Source: Squalus acanthias (lineage: Eukaryota). From it: a stretch of 64,000 nucleotides of DNA. The stretch's first letter is position 1. Every line of letters begins with the position of its first letter. A model generated the notes under the pieces. It had not been told where the DNA came from. It saw only the letters and a program-made list of their open reading frames with translations, and did not search any database. Of this stretch, positions 61,346 to 64,000 are shown piece after piece. The DNA lies in NCBI GenBank assembly GCA_030390025.1, contig CM059429.1, positions 151,528,001 to 151,592,000 of the forward strand, given 5' to 3'. The position numbers and the translations under genes are program-made.

Positions 61346-61370
61346 CGGCTCTGTGGGTTGAAAACACATT

Positions 61371-62167
61371 GGGCTGGATTTTGTCTTGGAGTCGGGTTGG
61401 GGTCGTGTAATCCGCATTTCGTGTTTCCCCCCCGACTCCAGATTAATGTGGACGCCTGATGCAATTTTCACTTAATTGGGTAATTGAGTTGCAGCATGTG
61501 GGAACCCATGAAGTAATTAGTGTTTTCAGTCTGAAAGTCGCCGCTGATGATGTCATCATTGCTGACTGCCTAGTCTCAGAGACTGTTGGTGAGAGAGGAC
61601 CTGCCTGGCTTTTGGGGTGGGGTGGGGTGGGGGGGGGGGGGAGGAGGGGAGAGAGAGAGAAAGAGAGAGAGAGATTGAGAGAGAGAGAGAGAGAGATTGA
61701 GAGAGAGCGATTGAGAGATTTTTGCCAAGCAAGTCCTCCCAGGCAGTCTCTGAAGACATTCAATGCAGCTGCATCAGAGGCGACGTTCAGACCTAATACT
61801 ACTACTACCACCTTCATCACATCTCCGTTGTAATAGTGAGCCTGCAGCCGATAGTCAGCTATCCACTTGTGCTCCCGCCAGGTTTCACTGGAGTGTTTCA
61901 CACCAGGCGTGCTTCACGTCAGAAAAGGGTTAAACTAGCTACAACGTTTCAAAATAGCATTACAGAGCCAATTTAGAGCTTGTTAAGGGCTTTAATGGCC
62001 TCTCCCGCCTCTTGGAGGCGGGACGGAGTCGGGAACCCCGCGACTGATTTTGTCAAAATTGCGTGGAGGCGGGATGGAGTCGGGATGGGGTCGAAACCCT
62101 GACCCCGCAAATTTAACCCCCCACACGCCTCCAAACCCGACTCCACGGGTCATTCAAAATCCAGCCC
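61371..62167. mobile_element. Complete PIF/Harbinger-type MITE (797 bp)
   Basis: Perfect 13-bp TIRs GGGCTGGATTTTG / CAAAATCCAGCCC, a 3-bp TSD ATT (61368-70, 62168-70), and repeated subterminal GGAGTCGGG/CCCGACTCC motifs near both ends. Confidence 0.85.
61648..61718. repeat. (GA)n microsatellite inside the MITE
   Basis: GAGAGAGAGAGAAAGAGAGAGAGAGATTGAGAGAG..., preceded by a G-run. Confidence 0.95.
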
Positions 62168-64000
62168 ATTGTATTAAACACTGCTATTTTAACAAAGGCA
62201 TGAACCTCTTTGTTTTACTTCCTATGTTAACAAGAGACATTTCAAATGCACGTGTTTACACATTCATTACTAATATCACAAAGTGCAGTTTCAACCACAT
62301 AGAAATACAACAGTAGGTAGATATCGGAATATATACGTACTTGAGGGACAAGTTTGATGGTCTGAGTGGCCTTTCCTGTTCTTGATTTTTTTTCTTACGT
62401 TTTTAGATAAATAGATTTTTTTTTAACCAAAATGGCATCTACAAAACAGGGATGTGATTTATACGCTTTCTAATCTGGATTTCACACTTGCACTTTCAGA
62501 GTCATGCTCGTAACCTTAAGACTGTTAGCAGTTGTGTTAAGCACGCCCATTGCAGGTTTTCTCCCCTACCTCCCATTTCCTCACCAAATGTAATTAGAGA
62601 ACTAAGAACGCAGGAAAGCCAGATTTCAAAAATTTTTTTAAAATCACTTTGTTCCCGCGTGTCGGAGTGAGATGTACCACTTCCTGAAACAGGGGATACG
62701 CTCTGAAAACAAACATCATTACTGATGTTTTAACATCTTCATAGAGGGGGCTTGTTAGCTTGACAAATAAAAACTAACATATATTACAGTTTATTTGTGT
62801 TAGAACTAAGCAGGGTAGACAGCGTACAGTCCATCAGACAAATAGTTGAATATACTTGCTGCATTCTATCTAGTCGGCTGTCCTTCAAGATTTGATAAAA
62901 TTAAACAATTCAGTGTTAAAATTCTGAAGAAAACTGCCGCAAATTTCAATGTTCAAATATAACCAAATACATTTTTAAATGAGATATCGTCATGGCGATG
63001 TTGTGCTGAGGGAATTGTTTCAATGAGCGAGTTCTGTTCGTTAAGTGTGTTTACTGTGGAAAAAATGTCTGGAAAGGATTGCATGCTGTACACTATTATC
63101 AAGGAATAACAAACCACTATCACTGCAGTCAGCATGTTCCTGGACAATGAAAATATCACTTACTTGTATAGAATACATTGAGAAAACTTTGATCATGTTT
63201 TCTCAATTGAGCAGTTCATGTTTTCTCAATTACTTCCACAACTATTGGGCAATTATTGCAGAATGCAAGTATTTAATTCTGTAGCAACGGATTCCAACAA
63301 TAACTCATTCGTACTTTATAAGACTGAGCGCTGCAGACAAATAGAAACTTTACCAATTAAACCTACATCCTTGTTTTGATTGGCAAATGTTGAGAAAAGA
63401 ATAATATTTTGCTGGCCTTTTGAAGTAACCTCTAATCATATCTGTCTATTCAGGCAACTTACATGAGAAGACTAAACCATTACTCTTTCACGATTATCCA
63501 TTCTACACGTGCTCAAAGCCTTTAATTTTTCACTGATTCTTCCGAAAGGACTCTTGCTTGAAGGTTTGCTCATATGTCAATGTTTAAACTTTGTCACAGT
63601 GCTATGATTGAAACATTGCCCTCTATTGGAGGTGATGCTCAATGATGACACCATGTGGTTCTGTTTATCCACATATTGCTGTTAAATTAGTAAATCGTGC
63701 AAGAAACACTATATTAATGTGTTGTGACTTGAATAAATATGTTACAAATCTCCAAAACTTCTGTTCAGGATTAGCAACTCATTTCATGCCACATTTCCAG
63801 TGATCCAGATGGGCTTCATGTGCAAGTCGTCTATTTGTTTTGAAGCTTTGGGGTTGGAGTGGGGTGGCGAAGAGATCCTGGTCGCTATGAGAGCTCACAC
63901 AAGGCAGATTTAGGCGATCCCCCTCCTCAGATTTTAGTGCCTTCAGAATGTCAAACACCAGGGCAGAGTTTCTTGTTCCCAGCTTCGTTTGGAGTAAAAT

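Noticed and set aside
61443-61901. ORFs with ER/SL repeats
   Set aside because: These are translation artefacts of the (GA)n microsatellite inside a MITE.
41950-64000. Next EphA3 exon (second FN3 domain, APS..SWQEP..PNG..YEVKYYEK)
   Set aside because: I found no matching peptide on the + strand, so it probably lies beyond the window. An AG..GTAAGT-bounded stretch at about 52851-52903 has no Eph similarity.

Overview
This is vertebrate genomic DNA, almost certainly from a cartilaginous fish (shark), judged by its repeat families: Deu-domain SacSINE1-like SINEs, shark-type CR1 and L2 LINEs, Penelope-like elements and Harbinger-type MITEs. The window lies inside one large + strand gene, an EphA3-like ephrin type-A receptor. 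Only two coding exons are visible: a 156-nt Cys-rich/EGF-like exon (37688-37843) and a 336-nt first FN3 exon (41614-41949). Everything else is intron, and almost all track ORFs are spurious or transposon fragments. Main structures: (1) a ~9.95 kb head-to-tail tandem duplication (15203-25149 / 25150-35092) whose divergence is concentrated in the first 2.5 kb; (2) hammerhead-ribozyme cores in Penelope-like elements, one in a near-perfect 200-bp palindrome with a TSD (50163-50362) and one at the 3' end of a GIY-YIG Penelope copy (46275-47235); (3) a decayed PIF/Harbinger element carrying a Myb/SANT-like gene (present twice), plus several Harbinger-type MITEs; (4) an inverted duplication at 59520-60092; (5) a CpG-rich exon 5 next to a CpG-poor exon 4. 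I see no evidence for a wholly new multi-gene system. Repeat-family names come from recalled consensus sequences and need database confirmation.
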